Below are positions 10,809 through 20,474 of a stretch of 64,000 nt of DNA, piece by piece. Made by a program: the position numbers and the translations under genes. The stretch is from Promethearchaeota archaeon (GTDB taxonomy: Archaea > Asgardarchaeota > Lokiarchaeia > Sigyniarchaeales > SOKP01). The stretch spans positions 1-64,000 of the forward strand of contig JBHLOY010000013.1 of NCBI GenBank assembly GCA_048939995.1, given 5' to 3'. Under the pieces are notes generated by a model. The model did no database searches. It saw only the letters and a program-made list of their open reading frames with translations, and was not told the DNA's origin. Numbering within the stretch: position 1 is the first letter of the stretch; each line of letters begins with the position of its first letter.

Positions 10809-11306
10809 ATGAGTGAGGAAATCAAATTAGAAAAAATAAAATCTCTACGTGCTGCTTATTTTCATGCATTTTCAGATAATCCAGAAGAAGATGCATGGAA
10901 AAAACTGGAATCTTGGGGAAACAAAAAAGGTTTATTAGAGGAGAATTCTAAAACACGCATTTTTGGTAGAAATACTTATCCAACAGACAACCCAGAACCT
11001 CATGGTTATGGCTACTTCATAACTATTCATCCCGAAACTAAGATTGATAAAGATATTTTAATTCGTATAATACCTGGTGGTCTTTATGCCGTGCTAAAGT
11101 GTGAGGGAATAGAGAATTTGGGATCGTTCTGGGGTAAATTATGGAAATGGGTAAATAATAGTGAATATAAATACATTGGTGAGACAAAAGGAACGAATGG
11201 ATACGAATTAGGCTATGAAGAGCATCTTAATTGGCGCAATGTAATGGTAAAAAAAAGAGATGCCAAATTCCTCTTTAATCTTATGATTCAATTGTGTGAA
11301 GAATAA
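10809..11306 (+). CDS. GyrI-like small-molecule-binding protein
   Basis: PEEDAW, IPGGLYAV, W..LWKWV pattern. Confidence 0.8.
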   Translation: MSEEIKLEKIKSLRAAYFHAFSDNPEEDAWKKLESWGNKKGLLEENSKTRIFGRNTYPTDNPEPHGYGYFITIHPETKIDKDILIRIIPGGLYAVLKCEGIENLGSFWGKLWKWVNNSEYKYIGETKGTNGYELGYEEHLNWRNVMVKKRDAKFLFNLMIQLCEE

Positions 11307-11318
11307 AAATATACGTGA

Positions 11319-11924
11319 TTAATCTTTCTTTCTTCTTAATTTGGGAAATAAAATTCCAGTTCTCTTCTGATATTCTCGATATATTTCACCAAAACGGGAG
11401 ACAAGATCTTTTTCTTCATAAAAAATCATAATTGGAATGTAGATTAGAATATAAATAATCATTAAAATTACTAAGAACCATGAATTCACCATGAATGCTA
11501 TTGCTACAAATAATGGAAACTCTCCAATTGATTGGGGATGCCGAATATATTGATAAATTCCACCATACAACTCTGTTTTCTTTGAAGGTTCCAGTGTTTC
11601 CGAACCTGCATCTTTCATTCCCTTCAACATTAAAGCTAAACAAGGAATTGAGATCACAATGCCAATTATTAGACCTATTACTATGTTTGAATGTACCTTC
11701 CAATTAATAAGAGGAACAGGAAACCATATCCACAATATTAAATTAATCACAACCATGAATTCAAAAATGCCTGCAATTATCCGAAGTTTCATACATTCCC
11801 TCCATGCCTTTTGACCCTTTCTTTTTTCTCTCTTGACAGGTTGCACACTTAGTATATACAAATAACTAAAAAAAAATAAACTTATTATCAACAAGCTGAA
11901 ATTTATCCATTTAATCATTTCCAT
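11319..11924 (-). CDS. Isoprenylcysteine carboxyl methyltransferase/PEMT family membrane protein
   Basis: GIYQYIRHPQ, EEKDL..RFG..YREYQKRT motifs. Confidence 0.85.
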   Translation of the reverse strand: MEMIKWINFSLLIISLFFFSYLYILSVQPVKREKRKGQKAWRECMKLRIIAGIFEFMVVINLILWIWFPVPLINWKVHSNIVIGLIIGIVISIPCLALMLKGMKDAGSETLEPSKKTELYGGIYQYIRHPQSIGEFPLFVAIAFMVNSWFLVILMIIYILIYIPIMIFYEEKDLVSRFGEIYREYQKRTGILFPKLRRKKD

Positions 11925-12074
11925 TATTCTTTTTGTTCTTTAAAATTGAAAATTCAATATCTTCTAAATTATTCATAATGCTTAAATACATTCAAATATG
12001 TCACTTTAGTAAAATTGGATACTGAATATATATTCGAATAATCATCCATATGATATAAAGAGGTTTTTGTTAGA

Positions 12075-12263
12075 ATGAAAAGTTATCAGGAAATTATCAA
12101 GGGAGATATCTTTAAAAAAAAAGATTGCTATTTTGTGGATACTGCTGTCAATAAGATGTGCTGGGGTTGTGAGTCAATGCACACAGCGGGGTTTATGGTT
12201 TGGGATACTTCGAAAAATCGAAGAATCTTCTTCTGTCAAAATTGTTTTGATAAATTGGAATGA
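12075..12263 (+). CDS. Small Zn-finger protein
   Basis: 62 aa, CWGC...CQNC; GAGG RBS upstream. Confidence 0.6.
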   Translation: MKSYQEIIKGDIFKKKDCYFVDTAVNKMCWGCESMHTAGFMVWDTSKNRRIFFCQNCFDKLE

Positions 12264-12404
12264 AATTATCATAACCTCACCTATATTTACTCAAGTCTTA
12301 GATTTTTAAGGATGCAGTAAATTTATATCCTTGAGCTTCAATAATACATTCTTTTCTTTCAGTATTTATCTTTAACATGGCACTTTCAATAACATAAATT
12401 GGGA

Positions 12405-13601
12405 TTAGATTATTTTTGGAAAACTTTTTTCGTAACAACGGACGGGTATATCATTAGGTAAAGCTGCTACACAGCGGTTGCATGAGGAACATGAAGACTT
12501 ATCCTTTCTGGCTTTATATATTTGCTTTATTAAATGAGGTTCTCTAATGAATGGTCGACACATCGATATGAAGTCAGCATAATTTTGTTCAATAATCTTT
12601 TCCATATAAGCTACAGACCTAAATCCTCCTACTAATATTAAGGGTGTCTTTCCAATTTTTGGCTTGATTATCTTTGCAGACTCTAAATTATAACCCTCTT
12701 GGAGCGCGTACTTACCTTCCATATCTTGAAACATTTTCTTTGCGGATTCTCTAACATTCTCAGGGAGCCACTGAACTATCTCTTCTGAGGGAACTTTACC
12801 TCGTACTACATTGAAAAGAGAATAATGATTAGTACCACCACTTATCTCAATTGCGTCAATTCCAAGCTCTACTAACCATTGGGCATATTTCACGGCTAAA
12901 GAAGGGGTAATTCCTTCCTTTGGAGTATGATCATGAGCATTCAATTTTATAAAAACAGGTATTTCATTCGGTATCGCCTCCTTAATCTTTATATATATCT
13001 CTTTTAGATATCGAAATTGATTTTCATCTGACCCACCCCAAATATCTTCCCTAAGATTAAAGTATGGAGAGAGAAATTGATTAATGAGATACCCATGGGA
13101 GGCATGAATTTGGATTGCATCTACTCCTGCTCTTACAGCCCGCTTTGCGGCATCAATAAAAAAAGTAATGGTCTCATGAATTTCTTCCTCACTCATTTCT
13201 TTCGGGCTGGCAAAAGTAAAGGGATTCATTACTTTTTTTGAAGGTCCTAAAGGTTTTGTATGTATTAGCTGGGGATAGGTTTGAGGTCCAGCATGCACAA
13301 TTTGTACAGCTACCTTTCCCTTCTCTTTATGAATAATGTCTGTAACCTTCTTAATTCCGGGGATGTGTTCATCGCTATAAATCCCCGTTTGATATTTAAA
13401 AGCTCTACCATAAGGATGAACATACATATATCCTAGAATTATTAGCCCAATCTGCCCTTTTGAAAGAATTTTGTACATTTTGACAAAATCGTCAGTTACC
13501 TTTCCAGTTTCAGAAGCCATACCTTCGCACGTAGCGGATCGAACAAATCGATTCTCTATCTCCATTTTACCTATTTTCATAGGTTCAAATAGCTTTGACA
13601 T
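12405..13601 (-). CDS. NADH:flavin oxidoreductase (Old Yellow Enzyme family)
   Basis: NRFVRSAT, QIVHAG, HASHGYLINQFLSP, C-terminal CSSCNRC. Confidence 0.9.
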   Translation of the reverse strand: MSKLFEPMKIGKMEIENRFVRSATCEGMASETGKVTDDFVKMYKILSKGQIGLIILGYMYVHPYGRAFKYQTGIYSDEHIPGIKKVTDIIHKEKGKVAVQIVHAGPQTYPQLIHTKPLGPSKKVMNPFTFASPKEMSEEEIHETITFFIDAAKRAVRAGVDAIQIHASHGYLINQFLSPYFNLREDIWGGSDENQFRYLKEIYIKIKEAIPNEIPVFIKLNAHDHTPKEGITPSLAVKYAQWLVELGIDAIEISGGTNHYSLFNVVRGKVPSEEIVQWLPENVRESAKKMFQDMEGKYALQEGYNLESAKIIKPKIGKTPLILVGGFRSVAYMEKIIEQNYADFISMCRPFIREPHLIKQIYKARKDKSSCSSCNRCVAALPNDIPVRCYEKSFPKII

Positions 13602-13638
13602 AATTATGACATTTATATATTATGAATCAGTTTAAAAA

Positions 13639-13968
13639 TTAAAATTTAAAAAAGTTTAATGGATCATCGAAATACTCTTTATCTAATTTGATTAACTGAT
13701 GATCATTAATACTCGAAGACTTATAGAGGATTATCTTAATATGGGAATAAAGTTCCTCCTCTTTCAAGATTTTTAGTAGAAGAGGAAAATATATTAATTT
13801 TGGTTCTATTAAAACCACACATATCTCCTTATGTTGCTTCTTAATAAACTCAAAACCATCTAAAATTGAAGTCTTTACAATTGGCTCAAACCCACCTAAT
13901 TTTAAAAAGTTTAATGCTTTCTTGTTTGAGATTTCATCATTATCAATTATTAATGCAATTTTATTCAA
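13639..13968 (-). CDS. Degenerate response-regulator receiver domain
   Basis: IALIIDND acidic pocket; VVLIE where the phosphoacceptor Asp is expected; HIKIIL strand. Confidence 0.65.
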   Translation of the reverse strand: MNKIALIIDNDEISNKKALNFLKLGGFEPIVKTSILDGFEFIKKQHKEICVVLIEPKLIYFPLLLKILKEEELYSHIKIILYKSSSINDHQLIKLDKEYFDDPLNFFKF

Positions 13969-14010
13969 TTTTAGTCTCCTTTATAACATCATAAAGATTG
14001 ATATAATAGG

Positions 14011-14643
14011 TTAAGTATTATTTTCATACTTTTTAATTATCATCCTTGTTAAACTCTCAAAAACATTCTTTAAGTTCTCCCCTGTAAGAACATTACATTC
14101 GAAATAAGCATCAAGTTGTTCAGATCTTAAAAATTCTAAAGCTTGTTCTTTAGATACTTGGCTTAGATTATTTGAATTATCATTATTACCCATCAATATT
14201 AAAGGAATATTGTTAGTATTATCCCTTATTATCTGAATCCATTTTGGTAAGATATATAATGTTTTAGAATTTGATATTTCAAACATTAAAAGAGCACCCA
14301 ATGCACCCCTACAGTAAAGAGGGACCAAAACTCTCCAGCGTTCTTCAGTTGCTAGATCCCAGATTTGTAATTTAATGTTAAGGCTTTCTATTTTAATTTC
14401 TTTTATCTCGAAACTAATCCCGATTGATAGCTTTGTATTTGCCTTAAACCATGAATTTCCATAATTTTCTAAGTATGTTATCTTTCCCGTATCATTATGC
14501 CCTACTAACAAGACTTTAAATAAAAAATGAGGGTCAAAATGAGCTTTTTTTTTAACTTTCTTTTCCACAAAAGGTTCTTTTTTAATGTTAGATAATTCTT
14601 CCCTTAATTTTTCATTATCTATATTGCTCTTCTTTGATCCCAT
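14011..14643 (-). CDS. Rab-like small GTPase with degenerate G motifs
   Basis: FLFKVLLVGHNDTGKI, SIGISF, KLQIWDLATEERW, YCRGALGALLMF, LMGNND, YFECNV. Confidence 0.85.
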   Translation of the reverse strand: MGSKKSNIDNEKLREELSNIKKEPFVEKKVKKKAHFDPHFLFKVLLVGHNDTGKITYLENYGNSWFKANTKLSIGISFEIKEIKIESLNIKLQIWDLATEERWRVLVPLYCRGALGALLMFEISNSKTLYILPKWIQIIRDNTNNIPLILMGNNDNSNNLSQVSKEQALEFLRSEQLDAYFECNVLTGENLKNVFESLTRMIIKKYENNT

Positions 14644-14707
14644 GTTAATATAATTCTATTTTTCAATATTAAATTTAACTACATTCTTCTCTACGAATTT
14701 TTATAAA

Positions 14708-15028
14708 AATGAATGTCAATGTGATTCTGAATGTCCTTATAACGGTAATTTTCTTAAAGCGAAATTAAGAATAAAAACCACCAATCAAAATCGATTAGGT
14801 CAATGGGCATGTTATGATGGTCACAATAATGAATGGATAGCAGTTCTAACCACAGATCAAGATGGATATCTTACTGCGGAGGTAAGAATGTTATCAATAT
14901 GGACTTTATTGATCGCTGAGACGGCAACAGTTCCTATTGAAGGAACCATCGTTATTGCTTTGATATCTATAGTTAGTAGTATAACATTTTTGGGTATTAT
15001 CTTAAAAAATGGTATTAATAAAAGGTAA
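14708..15028 (+). pseudogene. 5'-truncated remnant of a membrane-anchored surface protein
   Basis: Open frame with no start codon: ...WACYDGHNNEWIAVLTTDQDGYLTAEVRMLSIWTLL...TM helix...KNGINKR*; upstream in-frame stop at 14651. Confidence 0.55.
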
Positions 15029-15178
15029 TTTCCTTTTTTTTTATTTTTCTTCCAATCTTGATTGAATTCTTATTTATTTTAATTTTTTTTGTATTAAGCG
15101 CTACATCAGATTAATAAATGAAGATTTATACTTATTGAAACAAAAATTTTTATTCTAACTTTTTTTTATTAACAAGCC

Positions 15179-16198
15179 ATGATTCTATTATCCTTTATTC
15201 TTCTAATCGGTGGATTTATTGGGTTATATTTTGGGGCAAAATTTGTAATCATTGGACTCGAAAATATTGCAACTCGACTGAAGGTTAGTCATATAATGGT
15301 AGGTTTAACAATCCTGTCTATAGGGACAAGTTTGCCTGAAATCGCTGTTAGTATAATTGGTGGGTTTGATAAATTTTTGGGAATTGACCCTAATATTGAT
15401 GGAATAGTAATTGGAAATAAAGTTGGATCTTTTTTAACTAATTTTACTTTGATAATTGGTATTTTAGCGGCGAGTCAGCCAATTTTTGTGAGTAAATGGG
15501 AATTACGAAGAGAAGGTCCTATGCTTGTGATTTCTGTATTAATTTTTCTTGTCTTTTCCCTTGATGGGGTACTTTCTCAGTTTGAAGCACTCTTCATGAT
15601 AATTATATATATTGCATATCTTTCATTAGTAATTTGGAGTGAGAAACGCTTGGTTAAGTCAAAGTGTGAGACTCAATATCTTGAAAAGCAACGTTTAGAT
15701 CCTGTTTGTACTGAACCAATTGAAGCTCCTCACAAAACATCATCAATCTTTAAAGATATTAGCGTTTTTTTGGTCGGTCTTGGGATTTTACTCTTCACTG
15801 CGGAGCTTACATTATTATCAGCTCATGATATATCTAAGGCGTTTCAGATTCCTGAGAATGTGATTGGAATTTTGGTAGTTGGTCTTGGTACAAGTCTGCC
15901 AGAATTAATTGCTGATTTAACCGCAATTAGGAGAGAATCGTATGGGCTTGCTGTAGGAGATATATTAGGATCCAATATATGTGATCTTTTATTGGCTACA
16001 GGATCAGGGGCAATATTCATTAATTTTAATATTCCAATGATCATTTTAATTTTTGATATCCCCGTTCTATTCATAGCATTGTTTCTCGGGTTGTATTTAT
16101 TATGGAGCCAAAAAACATTAAAAAGATGGGAAGGAGCACTATTGATTAGTTTTTATGGTGTGTATGTCTTTTTGAAATTGCTATTATTTCAAATTTAA
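15179..16198 (+). CDS. Calcium/sodium:cation antiporter (CaCA, YrbG-like)
   Basis: Two GTSLPE alpha-repeats with GNKVGS / GDILGSN. Confidence 0.9.
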   Translation: MILLSFILLIGGFIGLYFGAKFVIIGLENIATRLKVSHIMVGLTILSIGTSLPEIAVSIIGGFDKFLGIDPNIDGIVIGNKVGSFLTNFTLIIGILAASQPIFVSKWELRREGPMLVISVLIFLVFSLDGVLSQFEALFMIIIYIAYLSLVIWSEKRLVKSKCETQYLEKQRLDPVCTEPIEAPHKTSSIFKDISVFLVGLGILLFTAELTLLSAHDISKAFQIPENVIGILVVGLGTSLPELIADLTAIRRESYGLAVGDILGSNICDLLLATGSGAIFINFNIPMIILIFDIPVLFIALFLGLYLLWSQKTLKRWEGALLISFYGVYVFLKLLLFQI

Positions 16199-16209
16199 GT
16201 GATTAGAGA

Positions 16210-17022
16210 TTAAAGATCAAATTTACTACCTATCAGTTCTTCGGTTCTATTCCAAAGCATTTTCTGAATTGTTTTATTGTAGGTGATGTCTTTTGAGAGC
16301 TCTGGATGATTACTTACAAGATATTTACCAGTTACAGTTTCCAGTTCTTGTGATGTAGCAGCAAATATCAAAGTTTTAGCTCCTTCTAAAACTGGCACTC
16401 CATATGAACCATAAGCAGCTCTTAACAATTTTGTATTTATCACCCCTGGATGAAGACAATTTGCAACGACATTTGTATTTTTTAATTTATCTGCAAGCAA
16501 ATAAGTGAATAAAATGAGAGCTGTTTTCGATTGTGCGTACGCTTTAACACCAGTATACCCCCTCTCAAATTGTAAATTTTTAAAATCAAATTGATTAGAG
16601 TGAACTCTAGATGCCACATTTACTATTCTACTAGATGTGCTTTTTTTCAATAATTCAATCAAGAGGTTTGTAAGTAGAAAGGGAGCAATATAGTTTACCG
16701 CAAAGGTCGTTTCAAATCCTTCTTCAGTTGTAGAACGCACTGGTTTATACACTCCAGCATTATTAATAAGTACGTCTAGCCTATTAAATTTATTTGTAAT
16801 GTCGTTGGTCATCTTAATTATTTGATTAAAAAAGCGTAGATCAGCATAGAATGCACTGATACTTTTTTTCTGGGTCATCCGTGTAATACGATTCAGTGCT
16901 AAATCAACCTTTTCTTGATTTCTGCCATGAATAATAACGTGAAAGTTTGATTTAACTAATTCTATTGCTGTCTGATACCCTATACCATCTGTGGAACCCG
17001 TAACCAGAATAACTTTTTGCAT
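16210..17022 (-). CDS. Short-chain dehydrogenase/reductase
   Basis: TGSTDGIG, NNAG, YAQSK, LHPG. Confidence 0.9.
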   Translation of the reverse strand: MQKVILVTGSTDGIGYQTAIELVKSNFHVIIHGRNQEKVDLALNRITRMTQKKSISAFYADLRFFNQIIKMTNDITNKFNRLDVLINNAGVYKPVRSTTEEGFETTFAVNYIAPFLLTNLLIELLKKSTSSRIVNVASRVHSNQFDFKNLQFERGYTGVKAYAQSKTALILFTYLLADKLKNTNVVANCLHPGVINTKLLRAAYGSYGVPVLEGAKTLIFAATSQELETVTGKYLVSNHPELSKDITYNKTIQKMLWNRTEELIGSKFDL

Positions 17023-17183
17023 TAATATTAATCACTTAACTATTGATTACCAATTAACTTCAATTCCAATTTCATTATAAGGTTCGTTTATATGTAGGAA
17101 TACTCTTTTTGGTTTTATTTGTTTTACATTAACTTGGGTTAGATTAGCTTAATAATAATAATAAAAAAAAAATGAATTGACTA

Positions 17184-17699
17184 CTATTTCTTTGTTGTTG
17201 CTTTCTTTTTAGGGGCTTTTTTTGGGCTCTTTTTAGGTGTTGTTTTCCGGGGCTCTTTTTTAGGGCTCTCTCTCGATTCTTCTTGAAAATTCAATTGCCA
17301 CCCTACTCCCTCTGAATCTTCGAATCGTGCATACCAAGCGCCCCAAAATGTCTTTTGAAGTTCCATTTTAATTTTAAACTTTTTAGCCTTCGCTTTCTTA
17401 TAGATTTCTTCAAGATCTTTCTTATTATCTAGATGAAGAACGATTTCAACATTTCCACTACCAGGGGCTCCCATTGTATTGTCAGCGAGCATTATCTCAG
17501 CACTTTTTACATCTAATACTGCATGCATAGTGGAATTATTATAATCAAAATTCTTAGGAAATCCAAATTCTTTGCCCATTTCTTTGGTAAAGGGCATGTG
17601 ATCTACTAATTTTGCTCCTAGTAATTCTTTATATAACTCAATAGCAGCTTTTCCATTCTTTACTAATAAAAAAGGATTTGCTTTAATCAAATTTTTCAC
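17184..17699 (-). CDS. VOC/PhnB-family protein with Lys/Pro-rich C-terminal tail
   Basis: TMHAVL, ELQKTFWGAWYARFEDSEGVGWQLN; tail SPKKEPRKTTPKKSPKKAPKKKATTKK; likely TTG start at 17690 after GGTGA. Confidence 0.85.
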   Translation of the reverse strand: MKNLIKANPFLLVKNGKAAIELYKELLGAKLVDHMPFTKEMGKEFGFPKNFDYNNSTMHAVLDVKSAEIMLADNTMGAPGSGNVEIVLHLDNKKDLEEIYKKAKAKKFKIKMELQKTFWGAWYARFEDSEGVGWQLNFQEESRESPKKEPRKTTPKKSPKKAPKKKATTKK

Positions 17700-17804
17700 C
17701 TTTCTTCTTTTCGTAAATTATAACAAACTTATCTATTAAAGAGCTATGTTAATATTTTATAAAACTCTGAAAATAACATATAAAACAAACGCGAAAAGCG
17801 TCTT

Positions 17805-19094
17805 TCAACCTAATAAAAGTGTGTAAACCATAGTATATCCTAAAATGATGAGGAAATGAATTGTCGCGAAAATCGCACCATTTTTTAAAAGGCGTCTGTA
17901 ATTTAAATTGGCTACTTTGTACTTTTTTGCCAGTGATAAAGTGAGTAGATCACATGCAGAACCTTGTGGTAAAAAATTGCCAGCCATATTTACTCCACTG
18001 ATGAATGCTATTATAATCGGGTTGGGAAGAGTGAATTCTCCGACTATTGCCGTAAAAATAGGGAGAAGAATGATGGTAACTGGTGTACCCGCAAGAAATG
18101 CAGATAACAAAGAAGAAAGTCCTAATGTGATCAGAACGGCAAGATAAATGTTATTATTTACAAAACTGATCAGCCCCGTAGAGATCAACTCTGAGAAGCC
18201 TAACCGTGCCAAGGAATTTGAAATGATAAACATAATCGCAAATACGATAATGAGTTTCCATTCAATTTCATTCTTTACATCTGAGAATTCGGAAGTTTTA
18301 AAATGAAGGAGGAGAAGAATAGCTGCGGAGATAATCGCAACAATAGCAGGTTCAAATCCTATGATCATAAACACGAATGTAGCTAAGAGAATGATAGTTG
18401 TCAGAAAAAAATATTTTCGGTCTCTGATTACGATTCCAGGTTTTAGCATTGATAATAATATTTTTTTATTTTTCTCTGTTGGTTTCTCTTCTTTTCTTAG
18501 TATGAACCTGTCAATTAAAAAAAGCGTGATTATTAAGGAGATCACAAATAAGATACCCATATTAGCGAAATATTCACCAAATCCCCACCCAAATTGTTTA
18601 CCAATTATTAGATTTTTCAAGCTTGAAACTGGTGTAAGTATTGCACCAATATTTATAGTAATCGTCATTCCCATCATATAGGTGCCTGCACGTATCTCTA
18701 AAATTCTACAAGTCCTATAGATCAATGGTACTAAAATCAATGAGAGAGTTAAATCCTCAATAAAAGCTACCATAATGCTTGTAAACACGCAAATCATATA
18801 AAAGAACAACCGATTATTCCCTTTCGTAATATGAATTAATTTAATTGCAAGGTATTCTAAAACTCTGTCACTAATTGCATAAAAAATAATTATTTGCATA
18901 GCAAAAATGAAGATTAGAGTGTTAAAGTTGATAAATCCGAGTATTTCACCCTCTGTTATACCCAAAATCATCATTGAAATCACTGCAATGGTTCCAATAA
19001 TTAATGCGATGGGAAAATAATCGATCTTACTTTGAGAATAAAATGCCATTAAAATCGCAAATAAGACCAAATTCAGTATTATTACGGGAAGCAT
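17805..19094 (-). CDS. ArsB/NhaD/SLC13 (CitMHS-like) anion transporter
   Basis: ~12 TM; NIGAILTPVSSLKN and NMAGNFLPQGSACD repeats. Confidence 0.8.
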   Translation of the reverse strand: MLPVIILNLVLFAILMAFYSQSKIDYFPIALIIGTIAVISMMILGITEGEILGFINFNTLIFIFAMQIIIFYAISDRVLEYLAIKLIHITKGNNRLFFYMICVFTSIMVAFIEDLTLSLILVPLIYRTCRILEIRAGTYMMGMTITINIGAILTPVSSLKNLIIGKQFGWGFGEYFANMGILFVISLIITLFLIDRFILRKEEKPTEKNKKILLSMLKPGIVIRDRKYFFLTTIILLATFVFMIIGFEPAIVAIISAAILLLLHFKTSEFSDVKNEIEWKLIIVFAIMFIISNSLARLGFSELISTGLISFVNNNIYLAVLITLGLSSLLSAFLAGTPVTIILLPIFTAIVGEFTLPNPIIIAFISGVNMAGNFLPQGSACDLLTLSLAKKYKVANLNYRRLLKNGAIFATIHFLIILGYTMVYTLLLG

Positions 19095-19155
19095 TAAATA
19101 AATAGAAGGGGTTTCAAATATAAAAAAGAAGTTATTATAATTTTTATTGAACTTA

Positions 19156-19239
19156 TGGTCACTTAATGACCAAAAGTTTAAATATGATCTTAATTTTATA
19201 TTAAATAATGACTGATGGTCAATAAAAAACCCTTGGTCA
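19156..19239. promoter_or_regulatory. Putative TetR operator cluster in divergent promoter
   Basis: TGGTCA-N5-TGACCA (19156-19172), TGAC-N5-GTCA (19209-19221), further TGGTCA at 19234; TATA-like TTTAAATA at 19177. Confidence 0.55.
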
Positions 19240-19261
19240 AATACTGAAAAAAAGGATTATA

Positions 19262-19960
19262 ATGAAAAAGAGTGAAGATGATAAGAAAAATAGAATCCAA
19301 CAACGAAAGGAAAAGGAAAGAGAACTCAGACGAAACCAGATCATAAATGCAGCAGAAAGCTTATTCCTCTCGAAAGGATTTAACGATACAAAGATTGAAC
19401 AAATCGCCTATGAAGCTTCTTTAAGTAAAGGAACGGTATATAATTATTTTGATTCAAAAGATCAACTCTATTTGGCAATTGCTAGTATTGCGTACTCCAA
19501 ACTTTTCGAGTACACTAAAAGGTCAATTAAAGGATTTAAACCTGGAATAAATAAATTAAATGCTTTTGGAAAAGCGTTTTATACCTTCTCAAAAGAATAT
19601 CCTAATTATGCGAAAGTAGTGCATAATTATGATTCCAAGACAAATTTAACCAAGGCTATCATAGAAAAAAAGGATCCAATTCTTAATTCACGTGAATTTG
19701 AGGATTTAAATAAAGTTGTAAACCAATACAGAATGCTTTTTATTCAGATCATTACTGAAGGAATAGAAAGTAATTCTATTCGAAAAGATCTCGACCCAAA
19801 TTTGCTTGCCTTAACTTTAAGCATGTTAACTGGTGGAATAATTGAAGAATTAACAAAAAACAGATTTTTTTTGAAGAATCTAAAAATTCTGGAGGAGGAT
19901 ATAATTGCATTAGTATTTGACTGGATTGGTGAGGGTTTACGACCAAAATCGCAAAAGTGA
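19262..19960 (+). CDS. TetR/AcrR family transcriptional regulator
   Basis: IINAAESLFLSKGF..TKIEQIA..ASLSKGTVYNYFDSKDQL. Confidence 0.92.
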   Translation: MKKSEDDKKNRIQQRKEKERELRRNQIINAAESLFLSKGFNDTKIEQIAYEASLSKGTVYNYFDSKDQLYLAIASIAYSKLFEYTKRSIKGFKPGINKLNAFGKAFYTFSKEYPNYAKVVHNYDSKTNLTKAIIEKKDPILNSREFEDLNKVVNQYRMLFIQIITEGIESNSIRKDLDPNLLALTLSMLTGGIIEELTKNRFFLKNLKILEEDIIALVFDWIGEGLRPKSQK

Positions 19961-20034
19961 ATGGTTGCCAATTTGGCACTATTGTTTAAAAAAAAATAAA
20001 ATTAAGTAAAAATAAACGAAGGAGGTATATTGAA

Positions 20035-20445
20035 ATGTCTAAAAATATAGTAATAAATACTCTAAATGGATTAGCTAATAATAAATACATAAGCTTAACG
20101 ACTTTCAGAAATAATGGGGAAGGAGTTCCAACTCCAGTTATGTTTGCGATAGAAAATAATAAATTATACGTTGAAACTCGCGCGTCGCGTTATAAAGTAA
20201 ATCGTATTAAAAATAATCCTAAAGTCCAGTTCGCTCCATGTAGATTGAAAGGGAAAGTAATAGGTCCGGTAATTGAGGGAAGAGCAAGAGTTTTACCAGC
20301 TTCCGAGCAAGAAGTTGCATTTAATGCATTAAGAAAACGATATTTTCGTTTTAGATTAGGAGACACCATCTCTAAGATAAAGTCATCTAATAAAAAACAA
20401 GATATTGATGATAGAGTCTATCTTGAAATTATTCCCGAGTTTTAA
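20035..20445 (+). CDS. PPOX-class F420-dependent oxidoreductase
   Basis: YISLTTFRNNGEGVPTPV, KVNRIKNNPKV..APC...G; GGAGG RBS. Confidence 0.85.
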   Translation: MSKNIVINTLNGLANNKYISLTTFRNNGEGVPTPVMFAIENNKLYVETRASRYKVNRIKNNPKVQFAPCRLKGKVIGPVIEGRARVLPASEQEVAFNALRKRYFRFRLGDTISKIKSSNKKQDIDDRVYLEIIPEF

Positions 20446-20474
20446 TTAAAAAAATAATTTAAAATTGTGGCAAA

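Noticed and set aside
12298-12400. Short minus-strand frame MLKINTERKECIIEAQGYKFTASLKI
   Set aside because: Only 26 aa with no recognisable family; cannot be supported.
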